A stretch of DNA of 62,819 nt, counting the filler, from Choristocarpus tenellus KU-1152 (taxonomy: Eukaryota > Protista > Phaeophyceae), in NCBI GenBank assembly GCA_964200185.2. It is 9 parts of 9 records of this genome, joined end to end, with 100 filler letters (N's around TTAATTAATTAA, not from the genome) between each part and the next. Parts side by side here need not be neighbours in the genome. Positions count along the whole stretch, not along the records: positions 39,185 to 45,094 come from CAXNAD020009445.1; positions 45,195 to 59,251 come from CAXNAD020001290.1; 7 more parts are not named here. The stretch is one strand, 5' to 3'. Below, piece after piece: positions 39,185 through 52,538 of the stretch. The translations under genes were made by a program, and so were the position numbers. The stretch's first letter is position 1. Every line of letters starts with the position of its first letter. The notes below the pieces were generated by a model. It saw only the letters and a list, made by a program, of their open reading frames with translations. It was not told the DNA's origin and made no database searches.

Positions 39185-39452
39185 TTTCTTTCATTCATAC
39201 AACCCCTCAATTAAATAACTACAACCATCACATAAACATACATACATAATACATACAAATGTATCACTTCTAAACACAACATAAAATTATTTCTTTCATT
39301 CATACAACCCCCCAATTAAATAACTACAACCATCACATAAACATACATACATAATACATATAAATGTATCACTTCTAAACACAACATACAATTATTTCTT
39401 TCATTCATACAACCCCCCAATTAAATAACTACAACCATCACATAAACATACA
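39185..39452. repeat. 105-bp tandem repeat, about 2.6 copies
   Basis: TTTCTTTCATTCATACAACCCC at 39185, 39290 and 39395. Confidence 0.9.
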
Positions 39453-39494
39453 TCATACACATACAGAACACATACATAAAATATATCTGCTCAC

Positions 39495-42400
39495 CTCTAC
39501 CAGGTCCTTGATGATGGAATCAACATCCTTACCATGAAAACCAACCTCTGTGAACTTCGTTGCCTCCACCTTCAAGAGACATTTAAAAAAAATAGAAAAG
39601 AAAAAAAAATGACATTTAAAATAATAAAATAATAATGTGTAATCAAAAAGTTAAAAGATACGTATCAATGATAATAATATTGTCAAATGAAGAAAAACAA
39701 CATACATTTTACTTTTTTATTTTAAAAGGTGTAACAAATGTGAATCAAATGAAAAAAAGAGATTGGGGTGTTACATCTCTCTAAATATACAATCCACCTA
39801 AATGTATTAGTGAGTAAAAACATCCAACAGTGCTATAAAAGCACTTTTTTGGAATTCTATACAACACACTAGTTATCAGCAGTACAGACCATCTACACGC
39901 CTGAAATGCTATAACAAACCCCTCAGAAAGCACCTTTTTTGGAGCTCTATACATCACATTAGTTATCAGGAGTACAGACCATCTACACACCTGACATGCT
40001 ATAACAAACCCCTCAGAAAGCACCTTTTTTGGAGCTCTATACAACACATTAGTTATCAGGAGTACAGACCATCTACACGCCTGACATGCTATAACAAACC
40101 CCTCAGAAAACACCTCTTTTGGAACTCTATACAACACACCTCAAATAGTGTTAAAATCCCCCTCAGAAAGAAGCATCCATTTTAACACAGCAAATGTTGA
40201 AAGCACTCTACAAGGCAGTGATCCAACCATAAATACATAAAAATGAATAAATATACATCACAATGAAATTTAACCCTAAGCCTAACCACTCGATGACATC
40301 CTCTCTTAGATGGCATCACTCAATTACCCCCCCCACCCCACCCCAACAATTGTCTTGTCAACAACAATACATATAAAAAAATGACAAATAATAATAATAA
40401 TAATAATAATAAATAATTGAACCTCAAAACATGAGGTGGTCCTACAGGTTTGGCTTACCCCCCCCCCCTCCCCCCCCAGATACTTTGAACCATTGCCCTT
40501 GTACCACAACAAAAGTACAGAGGTACTTCAACCACAACAGAACTCATCTCCAGAACCTCCAGAGTGAAAGTATCTCAGAGGGTACGAGTCTTGCCCTGTT
40601 CGTCCATTGTTTGGAAATTTGGCTTCCCATGGGTTTTTTTTTCTGACATTTTAACTATCCGAAATGTTTCTAAGTATGTAAAATGTGTATACGTTATGAA
40701 AATGTGTCTCCAGAACAAGGATATTGACTCTTCCTGACAAACACAATATAGCCAAAATTATATCAAAATCGGAACATTGGAGTTTGGACTCCAAACGGAC
40801 GCAGCTATACCCTGACCCTAAGATACTTTGATAGTCAACTGAAGTACACTATTCAAAGCCTAATAGAGGCACAATAGTTATACCCTCACTATAAGTACAC
40901 TATTCAAAGCCTCTAATACAGGTACCAAACTGGTACAAACCCCTCAGTGCAGACCAAGCAGAACCAGATCCAAGTCGTCATCTCACACACACACAGCTCT
41001 TAGTCATCTCACACACACACATGCCCCAAAAGACACTAAAATCAAACAAGGCCCATCAAATAGATAGTAAGACACCTCCAACCATGGGCCTCCCTCCTCC
41101 AGTCATCAGCAGTCACACTGCACCTCATACACCAATACCAATACCAATACAAACCAAAAACATAACAAATCAAAACTCACACTCAATCAATCAATAAAAA
41201 ATAGTACAGTATAATAATATTAATAATCAGTTGTACTCAACATAGAGTAAATATAATAATATAATTAGTTGTACTCAACACACACTAAGCATAATATAAT
41301 ATTAATAATCAGTTACACTCAAGATACAGTAACATATTAGAACAATAATATTAATAATCAGTTACACTCAACATACACTAAACATAATATAACAATATTA
41401 ATAATCAGTTACACTCAACATACACTAAATATAATATAACAATTTGAATAATCACTTATACTCAACATACACTAAATATAATATAATAATATTATTAACC
41501 AGTTACACTCAACATACACCATAAATTACACTAATTATTTAACCACAAGGACTACTATTAATTTTTTTTTTCTCACTAATGGGAAAGACACGCTTCTCAA
41601 AAAAAACTTCCTGCACCAAAATCTAGAAACACAGAAACGCTCCCCCAAAGATGACTTTCTAACTGCAATACAGCAACACAACTTTTAATACATCAGATCG
41701 AATCTTACATTCCAAAATAAATAGAGTTCTATTTATTGGTTGGGATGATCCCCACTTCACACCGTCATCGTTTTGCTGATTGTCCACAGATGGAATGGCA
41801 TGATGCTGTCATATATACACACACTAACCCTAACCCTAACCCTAATACTACCTGCGGTGTAAGAAACTACAGGTACACCATGGACTAGTGTCCTGAATCT
41901 TAGATTCCAATGCATCACAGTTGATCAAAACCGACACCTGAGGGGTAGTCTAAATATTATTAATATAAATATTTTGTATCGATTTAACTCTTCTAGTTTT
42001 TTTTATATTATAATAAATACTACCATCTTCATCTATCTTTTTAAAAATCACAATGTGCCTACTACTACTACTACTACAACTACAACTATTACTATTAATA
42101 CTACTACTGCTACTACTACCACTACCACTTCTATTACTACTACTACTACTACCACCACTACTACTATTACTACAACTACTACTACAGTTACTTCCTCCTC
42201 TTACTACTACCACTTGTGAACAAGAGATTGTCACCCTGCTTGAAACAAAAAAACTTCATCAAACGATTCAAAGGAGAGGAAAGATCAATCGTATCAATCC
42301 TACCCTATCAATTGTATCAATCCTACCCTATCAATTGTATCAATCTTATCAATCATATCAATCCTATCCTATCAATTGTATCAATCCTACCCTATCAATT

Positions 42401-43362
42401 GTATCAATCTTATCAATCATATCAATCCTATCCAATCAATCGTATCAATCCTCCTCACCTTAATGAAGGGAGCCTGGGAAAGCTTTGCAATCTGGCGTGC
42501 TATTTCTGTCTTCCCACATCCCGTAGGTCCAATCATGAGGATGTTTTTAGGGATAACTGACGCCTGAGAAGGCGTTGGTACAATAAAATACTAAAAAATT
42601 AAAACAGTAAGATTACTACAAATACTGTAATATAGAGTGACCCACAAAATCTAATTCAAAAATAAAAAACAAACTGCACAAACAGATCACTATTTTTTTT
42701 GTACATCATTAAAATTGGGATGTTACATTTTTAACAATTTTTTTAAGTCTTGTGGTAGAAGGTGACAGGTAAAAACCCATTGAACAAAGTACAAATGGAA
42801 TGCTATTTCTTAGAATTTATTATTGTTTATATCGTCAGAATATTGGAATTTTCTTACAACGAAAACTATTATAGTTACAAGGTGACTAGTAAAAACACAA
42901 TAAAAAATAAACAAAAAAATGGAATACTATTTAGAATTTATTACTATTAATATTGTCGGAACGTTGGAATTTTCTTACAATATTGAAGAAAACTACAATA
43001 CCACAGGGATTAATAAAACTCACACAAAATAAACAAAATACAAGCAGAATACTATTTCTTAGTATTTATTATTATTAATTCTGTCAGAGTGTTGGAATTT
43101 TCCGACAATATCAAAGAAAATTATAACACCGCAGGGAAAAAAAAAACTAATTACAAAAAATTTAAAATAGATTACGACTATATAGTATTATTGCTATTAA
43201 AGCTTTCCAAAACAAACACACAAACACACACACACATCACTTTGTAGTGAAGTCAGTACACAGTGGTAGTGTACAAACAAGTAGCACCTGCATGTCCTTG
43301 GAAAGGCGTTTGCGACGCCATCTGTTACGAAGGGCGATTGCCACTGCACGCTTGGCATCAGC
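39495..43362 (-). CDS. hslU: HslU (ClpY) AAA+ ATPase subunit of the HslUV protease; N-domain exons, partial
   Basis: Exons 43362-43288, 42563-42459 and 39569-39495, all phase 0: [85 protein letters not shown]. Confidence 0.95.
39830..40138. repeat. 90-bp tandem repeat, about 3.4 copies
   Basis: CTATACA(A/T)CACA at 39857, 39947, 40037 and 40127. Confidence 0.92.
40458..40491 (-). mobile_element. MITE family B, solo terminus
   Basis: (C)nTCCCCCCCCAGATACTTTGAACC. Confidence 0.65.
40562..40834 (+). mobile_element. MITE family A copy in an hslU intron
   Basis: GAGTGAAAGTATCTCAGAGGGTACGAG ... TACCCTGACCCTAAGATACTTTG. Confidence 0.85.
41205..41520. repeat. AT-rich minisatellite, about 50-62-bp units, about 6 copies
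   Basis: TAATAATCAGTTACACTCAACATACACTAAA-like units. Confidence 0.85.
42058..42212. repeat. Degenerate (CTA)n microsatellite
   Basis: Direct inspection. Confidence 0.9.
42285..42452. repeat. TATCAATC-based compound minisatellite next to an hslU donor site
   Basis: Repeated TATCAATCCTACCCTATCAATTG. Confidence 0.88.
42780..43130. repeat. Diverged tandem repeat of about 120 bp, 3 copies
   Basis: GAAT(G/A)CTATTT...GTC(A/G)GA...TTGGAATTTTC at about 42800, 42920 and 43050. Confidence 0.7.
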
Positions 43363-43409
43363 CTATAAAGAAAAAAAAAAATACACACACACACACAGAG
43401 GGAAAGAAC

Positions 43410-43900
43410 GAGACAAAGAGTTAAGATATGAGAGAATAAAAATAAAATATGGTGTAGAGAAAAAAGAGTAGAGAAATGAGAGAGAAAGAGACAACAAAGA
43501 GTTAAGAGGTGAGAGAATAAAATAAAACATGGTGCAGAGAAAAAAGAGTAGAGAAATGAGAGAGAGAGAGAAAGAGACAACAAAGAGTTAAGAGGTGAGA
43601 GAATAAAATAAAACATGGTGTAGAGAAAAAAGAGTAGAGAAATGAGAGAGAGAGAGAAAGAGACAACAAAGAGTTAAGAGGTGAGAGAATAAAATAAAAC
43701 ATGGTGTAGAGAAAAAAGAGTAGAGAAATGAGAAAGAAAGAGACAACAAAGAGTTAAGAGGTGAGAGAATAAAATAAAACATGGTGTAGAGAAAAAAGAG
43801 TAGAGAAATGAGAGAGAAAGAGAACAAAGAGTTAAGAGGTGAGAGAATAAAATAAAACATGGTGTAGAGAAAAAAGAGTAGAGAAATGAGAAAGAAAGAT
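43410..43900. repeat. GA-rich 78-86-bp minisatellite, about 6 copies
   Basis: CAAAGAGTTAAGAGGTGAGAGAATAAAATAAAACATGGTGTAGAGAAAAAAGAGTAGAGAAATGAG units. Confidence 0.92.
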
Positions 43901-45194
43901 AAAACAAAGAGAGAAAGACAACGAAGTTAATGATAAGAAGATAAAAAACAAACACATAGTGTAGAGAAAAAAAAGAGACAAAGAGAAAGGTGAGAAAACA
44001 AAGAGAGAAAGCTGAAAAAAACACATAGTATCGAGAAATAAAGAAAGAGAGAAAGGAGAGAGAAAACAAAGAGTTTAAATGGATAATAATAATATATATA
44101 TATTGTAGAGTAGGAACAGTGGGATAAATAAAGAGGAACAGCCTTTTGTAAAAAAAAAACACATTTCTTTAAAATTTCTTTGAAGTTTCAGAATATTCTC
44201 TTTTTATATTTTTGTCCTTTAAGAATGGTTCTAATGCCCTTCGCCCTGTACCAAACTCGTAGCCCATCTATTTCCCACCCTAACCCTAACCCTGGGGATA
44301 TCCTACTCAAGCGTATAACCCTAACCCTAACCCTGGTATCAACTACTCAAGCACGTAACCCTAACCCTAACCTCAGGCAACAATACCATTGTCAAGAAAG
44401 CAGGTCTCGTTATGTTTCTTGCAGAGGAAATGGGCCTGACTGCTACAATGTCACAAACCTATTATTCTTACCATTATTATTATTATTATTATTATCATCA
44501 TGAATAACATTATCATCATTATCATCATCTTTACTATTACTATTACATTTCTTTCCTTTGAATTTTTTTTTCAAGAAAAAAAAAACATCGCCCCATCCGT
44601 AACGGACAGATGTAACAGGACACGGTTTTATTTAGAAGAGAAAAAAATAAATAAATACATTTATATATTTATAGTAATCTTTAAAAAAAGAAAACAAAAC
44701 CGCAGACCAAAACAACGAGTTTGCTCGTCAGCGGACACTCAAAAGAAATAGTTAAATTAAAAACTACTACAAGAAGCAAAAAAAGAGAAAAAAGAAAAGT
44801 TAAAAAAATCGAATCGAGAATTAATTTATAGACGCAAAAGAATGAATTAAAATACCACACACACTGAGAGACACACACAGATACATACATAAATATATAC
44901 ACATTTTCTTATTACAGCATTCAAGGCAAAAGAAGACTCCAAGGGGTAGGTACCATCTGATCCGTTTCCTTCACAGTACCTAAGCCCTGTTTGCTTTCGC
45001 TTGTAACCCCCCCTCCTCCCCCCCCCCCCCCAACACCTCACTTCAAACCAACACAGAACAAACCAGGCCAAACCACAAAAGAAAAAAAAAAAAANNNNNN
45101 NNNNNNNNNNNNNNNNNNNNNNNNNNNNNNNNNNNNNNTTAATTAATTAANNNNNNNNNNNNNNNNNNNNNNNNNNNNNNNNNNNNNNNNNNNN

Positions 45195-45280
45195 ATAACA
45201 TAAAATGCACTTTTCCTGGTTTTGACCCAAATGGACACTCTGGTGTATCCCACCCCCCCACCCCCCAGATACTATGGATC
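45195..45280 (-). mobile_element. MITE family B, left half (reverse orientation) at contig start
   Basis: GACCCAAATGGACACTCTGGTGTA...CCCCAGATACTATGGATC. Confidence 0.8.
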
Positions 45281-47985
45281 AAATAAAAACGCTACTTGAT
45301 CGAGCATGCGCCCTCAACAAGATTCTATCATTTTGTGAAACATATACTATATTATTGCTGTTGCTAAAAGCGTGCAACACAGCTGCAAGGAGTTCAGAAA
45401 CCGGTCCATACAACATCTAAATGCACTAGGATCTGACCAACGACGGAATCTAAGATGAGAGGCTCACATATACTGCATTTCACATCGCAGTTTTAAAGTG
45501 ACCGCACGCTATTTTGGAGTACCAGTCGACTCCAAAACGGATGGAAATGTTGGAAACAATTTCGAACTCTCCTGGACCTCAAACAATCCTAATCATGTGA
45601 ATGGGTGAAGGCATTCTGCCTCTAGGCGTCCTTAGCACTTTTTGCCTTTTGCTTCTCAACTTCTGGGTGCACATTATGTATATACTGTTGATCAAGATCA
45701 AACATAGGCAGACTTATACGTTACTTCAGAGTACACTCACTCTATGCCTTGTGTTGCTATCAATAAATACCCCCTTTCAATTTCATGGATGTTCAGTTAC
45801 CTAGATGTTTGAACAATTTCTTCTGAAGTTTGGTTTAGGGTGAGGACCGGGGCTATGGGCTGCTGGGAGAGAGATAGGCAATAGCCCAATGAAATATATT
45901 TCGTGTGTACATATGATACAAGTGCTTTCTTCCAGATAAGAGTAGTGAAGTGTGTATGCACAATTGAAAGATGATTTTATAAAACGGACAAAGCATTGCA
46001 AGAGGAGTTATTATTTGACAGATAGAAAATACGGAAATAGTTTCAGATTTTGTTTATTTCAACCATCATGAAAATAGGTCAACAAAGAGTAATGAAAATG
46101 GTGATGACTTCATGAAGGAGGAAAGGAATACAACAATTTTAGGCAGTAAAATAATCAAAACTAGGTATTTCTATATCACAAGATAACTCTGGAATTTACG
46201 TATAAATCAGACAGTCTGCAATAATCTATACTGGGCACGACGAGACATTCACATATGAGCAGTGGAGAGGAACAAATGCTTCAAACACATCTCAACCATA
46301 TCTGGACCAAAACTGAGCACAGTGCATCCCGCGCCTCCTGATTTTGTGCCCCAAATTCACACGATTATATGGTCAGTAGAACAATCATAATTTGTAAAGG
46401 GAGGGTTGGTTCAAGATCAAGGTCTCCTGTTGTAGCCTTCTGGGGTGTGTGCTTCTAGAAAACTGGAGGACAATGTCCCACTTTGGGAATAAAGTTCTAT
46501 CGACTCTTCTGCTGCCACAGCCTCCTAACGGGTGATACCTGAATTTCAGATGTGGGAAATTGGGTGACAGGCAGAATGCTTAATGAGATAAAATACTGAG
46601 AAGTGCCGAAAATAGATCCCTCTCTTAGACACCATGCCTCCCAAAACAATATTCTCCTCCCACAATCAATCAGAATAACTCCAGAGTATATTTATGGGAC
46701 TGCACAAGTTGGGGGATCATGCTCTCTTGGCTAGTCTATGGATTTACCAATTGGGATAGCCTTCCCTCTCCTCACACCATCGGATAGCATCCACTCTACC
46801 ACCTGCAATATTCCGGACTCCATTGCAGGTTGGGGCTAGATCATGTGATACTTGTAGAGGAAAGTGTAATGGGCCTTAGATCTAGGTAGTGAAAGGCTAA
46901 GGGCACCTTCCAAAACAGACCTAGCCATCACTCTGCAAACACCTAAGAATATTTCAGGCTCTAAATCGGGTTTCCTTCAAGGTATGTGTACAGGTAAATA
47001 CAAGTAAATGTGTCGAGCTTGAAATGACTGATACCAGTGACAGCTCGAGTGGTTGCAAAGACTTGCACACGATAACAGGTGACCAAGGATGGCTAGATAC
47101 AAAACATGGTGCTTGGCATGGCATTTAATGATGGAACCCTTTCCTCTTGGGCCCAATCAAGGCACTCGATTCCTGTTTTAGATTCTGAATTTGGAACAAT
47201 TCTAAATACTCCAGAAAATGCTCTAGAGCAAATGGTTGAGCTCCGACCCTTCATGCATCGACCCTGTGGCCGAACCAGACAATAAATGCGCTGATAGCAC
47301 TTCCTCGAATACCATCCACATGATTTGTTCTATTACAGGTCCTCGATTTTGATGCCAGATTGGGGCTGGCCATGAAGGCAAACCTGAAAGCCACATAGCT
47401 GTAATAGTAGTCATTAGCATAGACTTCCCTGATTTGATGCTTCGAGTATGTTGGTGATGTTGTTGCAGATGTCCTTGGGGTGGACTTTCCACTAACCTCT
47501 TGTGTGAGTGTTGACCACGAATTTGTGTGGTGTCTACGGTGGAAAATCAAAGCTGGGTGACATGTAGGTGGCAAAATGGTTTATTTTATTTGCCACAGTT
47601 CTTGTAAAGTGGAGAAGGCTTGATTGTGTGTATTGTGTGGTAAAGTTTAGGCAGTGTTATAGTTTTAGCTGCTTCAAAGTTCTTTGTGCCTGTATTAACT
47701 CAAAATTAAGGTAGACCATCCTCTCTTTGTCCACAGACATTCAACTTTCAAAGGCATTGTTTGTTTCACAAATAGATATTAGCAAATTGAGCTTTGCGGT
47801 AGACAACCTCAAATACGTCTTTGGGACCGAGGTTTGAATTGTGTATGGGCAACGGGTGCATGATTGAAGGGTCATTAGAATGAGGAATGTTATATTTTGT
47901 TTATAGTACGATATTTCAATATAGTTAGTGTAGTACGTAGTAGCAATGTTCATGAAAGTTCGGGGATTTGTTTATTTATTACTTC

Positions 47986-48136
47986 GTTTTTTTATGACGT
48001 TGTTTTCCTTCTCCAATATGTTTAGGAGTAGGTAAAACGTATGCGTTATGAAAAGGTGTGTCCGGAACATGGATATCGATACTTCCTAACAAACAAGATA
48101 GCCAAAATTACGTCAAAATCGCAACATTGGATTTTG
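47986..48136 (+). mobile_element. MITE family A, internal fragment lacking both termini
   Basis: GAGTAGGTAAAA...TTATGAAAAGGTGTGTCCGGAACA...CTTCCTAACAAAC...GATAGCCAAAATTAC. Confidence 0.8.
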
Positions 48137-50643
48137 ATGTGGACAATGCTCAGCTTAAGTTCAAACGTCTGGCGCGCACCATGTCAGACCATGGCGCTAA
48201 GTTGCAGAGCGCCCCTCCCGTTAAGATCAACATTCCCCAAGATGAAACTCTGAGGTCTTGAATTATGGTCTCGTACTCTTTGTGATGGCCGCCTTCCAGT
48301 CTACATCAACCAGAACACTCTCGAGAAATCTGTGCCGTGCAAGCTCCTTACTATATGTTGATGTGAGTTAGACTTTCTCTTCTCGCAAAATATCTTTCAT
48401 GGGGCATGATTGGACAGCGCCATCACCACCACCTACAAGAAAAACTCGCAGGTAGTAAGCATAGATAAATAGGAACATTCACAACAAAAATCGCCAAGCA
48501 TTTGTATTCTCACCCCCACGCACCACCCACCCACTACACCACTATTACTATACTGCTGTTATATGCACTACTACTATGAGCCCTCCTGTTGTTTTTTCTA
48601 ATGAACAAGGCCCTCGTAGTGGCCACTTCTCCTTCTCCAAGCCGTAAAATATGGATCTCATTTTCGTATTTGAATATTTATTTGTGAACCTTTTGTTCAC
48701 GTTGCAATCTGTAACATGCCGAGTAAAGATTATCCTTCCTAGATTTTTCCCTGTGATGACACGGATCTTCAGTAATTTTCTCTACGGTGATGAGGAAGAG
48801 GACGAGAAGAAACAGGGTGAGGGCGTCCCGAATTGTCGTTTACCAATATCACAATATTATTCGTGGGTGATTTCTCCTCCAAAAGAGACGGAACAGGACC
48901 TCGTTAGTATATATACCGTCAAGTGCAAATACTAACTTTTTGGGAGATCAACTGGAGTTGAGGGGGCACTGCAGTGAGTAGTTGAAAGGAAGGGTACTGA
49001 CGAGCATTTTGCAGCACATTTCGATTTGAACTCACTATTCTTGGTCCAGTCAAGTAGTCCACTGCTACGAATAATATTATTGTGGAAGGGAGATTTTACG
49101 CACAGTCAGCACCTCTGCCTCTGGCTGAACTTACTGGGTAATGATATTATAACGAAGAAGTTGGGGGAGTTCCTCAACTTCCACAGAATAATAACCGAGA
49201 CGCAATACATATTGGAGATGAGGGCCGAGCCAACATAACCATAAACAAGTGACAGAAGCTGATCCTACATAATGGGCACAACATCCTCAGGTACCTTAAC
49301 CCAACAACTCTCAAGCATCGAGAAGTGTGGAGTTCTGGAGATCACTGATGCTACTGTGACTGCTGATTTAAGCTTGCCAGAATCACCCTGACCCACCACA
49401 GTAATTACACACAGAAGGGTATTGCCATAATATGCACCATGCACCATATAACCACACATAATGTTAGTATTAATATACTAAAAGATCAGAAAAGATTCGA
49501 AAAACAGGGGGGTTCCACATCATTGGAAGCCTTTTACGCAGATCATAGGGGGTGGGGTTTTTCCACGGCAGCTTTCATACATCTGACGTCGTGCTTCCAT
49601 ACGTAGTTTAGTTGTTACATAATACATATTTCGAGTATACTATTTTGCCCATACTGACATTTTGCTGGTGGATGTTATGAAGGGAATGAGAAAGAAACAT
49701 ATAAACGAGGTGAAGATCACAACAACCACGACAACAACGGGTTATATAACGATTACAGGAAAGTCCTCCAGATACACCAGCAAGATTTGTAGTATAATGA
49801 AAACAAGTAGAAAAAAATGAGTCAGTGTAGCAGAAATTTCTCCTTGAAACTGGTCCTGCACTGAAGGTGGTCTAGAAATAAGGAAAGGATCCACACGTTC
49901 GTCAAGCCCCATCTTGCCCACCCACCCAGTGTGTCCACGTTAAACTGCATGACATACCTATATCGAGATTATCATTTTGTCTTTGAAAGACACATTCTGT
50001 CCACCACTGCTTCCATCCTTCTAAAACCAATGTCCCTCAACCTCCTACTACATGATGAGTTACCAGTTCGTCCAGGAATTCCTCTGCCTGTGTGTCGAGC
50101 TGCAAAGTTGCTACCATGAAGGTGTTGAGGTTAAAATGACGAGGACTGAAAGATCCCTGGTAATGGTTGCACTTGCAGGTGTTGGTTGCAGGAGCAGTGA
50201 TGCAGTCGTTCGTAGATGAGTGAGTGTTGCAGATGGCAATCCCCTCAAGTATTTGCGAAGGCCACGTCCAGCAGTAGACCTTTTCCCGATAATAAGGAGC
50301 AGTGATTGCGTTAGACAGTGCCCCAGTATAGAACACCACATCTACAGGTAGCTGTCATCTTAGGGCCAGAACAATGTTCAGTTCCGTTGGTTTCATTTTT
50401 ATTAATTTTGTCAACTGACCCACCTCCATAATTTTATTTTTTCACATGTTAGTTTGTTCTTCTAAGGAAAGAAGAGTTTTAAAGAAACAGAAAAGGCAGC
50501 ATATATATGTGTGTGTTAGTTTAAATATTATTATATTCTCTAATTCGTGTAACACAATATAATACACGAGGTTTTCAAAGGTTAGGGCCATGAAGCACAA
50601 GTAATTCTAACACACAAAGTATATCAACTGGTTTTCTACTTTT

Positions 50644-50822
50644 GACCCAAAGTATCTGGGGGGGGGAGGGAGGTCTACACCAGGGTGTCCATTTGGGCAA
50701 AATCAAGAAAAGTGCTTTTACATTATCCATCGGACATATGCAATCAAATCACCTAAAAATCGGTACATGAAAAAATTGACCCCAAATAGGCAGCTGTCAC
50801 ACCCCCCCAGATACTTTGAGCC
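50644..50822 (+). mobile_element. MITE family B, complete 179-bp copy flanked by TTT(T)
   Basis: GACCCAAAGTATCTGGGGGGG ... CCCCCCCAGATACTTTGAGCC with T runs on both sides. Confidence 0.9.
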
Positions 50823-51245
50823 TTTTCAATACTATGTATCTAATGTTGTCCAACATTTCTGACAGTGGTGAAACTCCTCTTTCACCCTTTCACCTATAAC
50901 ATTAGAACACACATCTGCAAAATGTCACAGGCCATGACGATAAAAATGACACAATGCAATAATAATAAATATGAATCGTGTGATTCTGTGGCTGTGTGGT
51001 TCCCTCAGTCAAGGGTGGCGAAGAGAATCACCAGGTAAAACGGACCAGACGAACGAAGGAAGACGAACACTATCGGGGAAGACAAGGTTATGACTGAACG
51101 AGTGCAAGACTGAAACGACTTGAAGGAAAAAGTGGGGAACTGAGGAAGTGGGGAGGATCACGATCCGGGTAGAGATGAGAGATCGGCCTTCGGAAAACGT
51201 GCTCATAAAGGGACGTTACGGGAAGACACGGAAATCAATCACTCC

Positions 51246-52030
51246 CAATGTATATTTTTATGCCCTCTGACATTATATAGATGTGTCAGGGGGGAAACCA
51301 ATGAAAACTATTTACATGTTAGTATAAACCCTAAAGAAATAACGTGTGTCACAGATGTGAAAAACACTAATCTATTTGTTATTTCGCTACTATCTATGTT
51401 GTACCACTGCCTTCCTGTGCCTCCAACCTACCTATTCCTGTACCCCAGCGTGAGGAGCTAGAGATATCCTCAATCAGTATAGCAGTGTATGGCATACGTC
51501 AATATCAGTATAACAACAGAAAACCTGCTTTCCAGACAAATTATTTTCTCTTGTATTTACAACCTCAACACCTTCTGTGTGGAAACTTCTGGACACCTCG
51601 GCAAGTAAGCGGAACATTTCCTGGATGAGCTAGCTACACCCACGATAGGAGGGAGAGGGACAGGAGGCTACACAGGGAAAGGGTCGGTCAAATCGTGCCT
51701 ACGCCAGATAGTCTCAGTCACAACACAAGTGGCCCTATCTAGACAGGTCATGCATTTTAAGCTGGAGTCACCAGGGAGATGGACAAGGAGGGATCTATTA
51801 GATTCGTGGGATGCTTCCCTAGCTCCTCACCCTGGGGTACACGAATAAGTCTGGGACACAGGAAGGCAATAGTACAACATAGATATGTGGTAGTAAGATA
51901 GGAAATAGATAAACACTTTTCACTTTTGTAACAACTGTTACTTCTTTAGAGATTTTTCAGATATGTAAATAGTTCTCATTAGTTCTTACCCTGGCACATA
52001 TCCAACATGTCAGAGGGCATATAAAATATA
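51246..52030. mobile_element. Foldback / long-TIR non-autonomous element with imperfect arms of about 215 bp
   Basis: About 51251-51465 is the diverged reverse complement of about 51815-52030 (ATGCCCTCTGACA/TGTCAGAGGGCAT, CTATGTTGTAC/GTACAACATAG, GCCTTCCTGTG/CACAGGAAGGC, TGAGGAGCTAG/CTAGCTCCTCA). Confidence 0.8.
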
Positions 52031-52465
52031 TTTTTCTTGTATTTGTAAGCCGAAAATATTATATCGTTTCTTGTATTGAAAATGTTGTTTACTTCAGTCT
52101 GAGGAATATCCCAAAGGCGTGATCAGAGCAACTATATACTGTACTACTTCTCATACTAACTACTTTGAAGTAAGTTCTGCACTATGACTAATTGCACTGC
52201 TGCGGTTCGTGGCATGCTTTTTGGGCTTTGGGTTCTGCCATGCCAATGCTCATCGCTCCACGACATCTCAAGAATCTTGTGATGGACCCACCAGGCAGGT
52301 ATTGCTTGGCAATGACGGCTTGCAGCCTCATTCTTGATTTGGCAATGGCATTTTTGCTGGTATAGGACTGGTGCGATAGTACAGGCATACTATGTGTGGA
52401 GTGCTTACCACGTTGAATTTGTGTATCTAATCCAAACCAGGTTCCAGGTTTCGTGAAAAGAATTA

Positions 52466-52538
52466 TCCTTGGGTGGGGCTCGAACCAGAGATATTATTTT
52501 CTGGGAACAGGTTCCTTAAACGACTGAGCTAGAGAAAC
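52466..52538 (-). mobile_element. tRNA-like Pol III head (SINE or tRNA pseudogene)
   Basis: Minus strand: A-box-like TAGCTCAGTCG and B-box GGTTCGAGCCC at tRNA-like spacing; no intact cloverleaf. Confidence 0.45.

Noticed and set aside
45800-46250. Second Penelope-like relic
   Set aside because: Only vague resemblance, with no ordered series of motifs
48140-48435. hAT transposase fragment on the minus strand
   Set aside because: Multiple stops and only a weak W-containing resemblance
49265-49459. NB-ARC-like Walker A (VVGQGDSGK)
   Set aside because: Lacks S/T after GK and has no supporting downstream motifs
52188-52388. Protein kinase fragment (QYLPGGSI)
   Set aside because: Isolated short resemblance without other kinase subdomains
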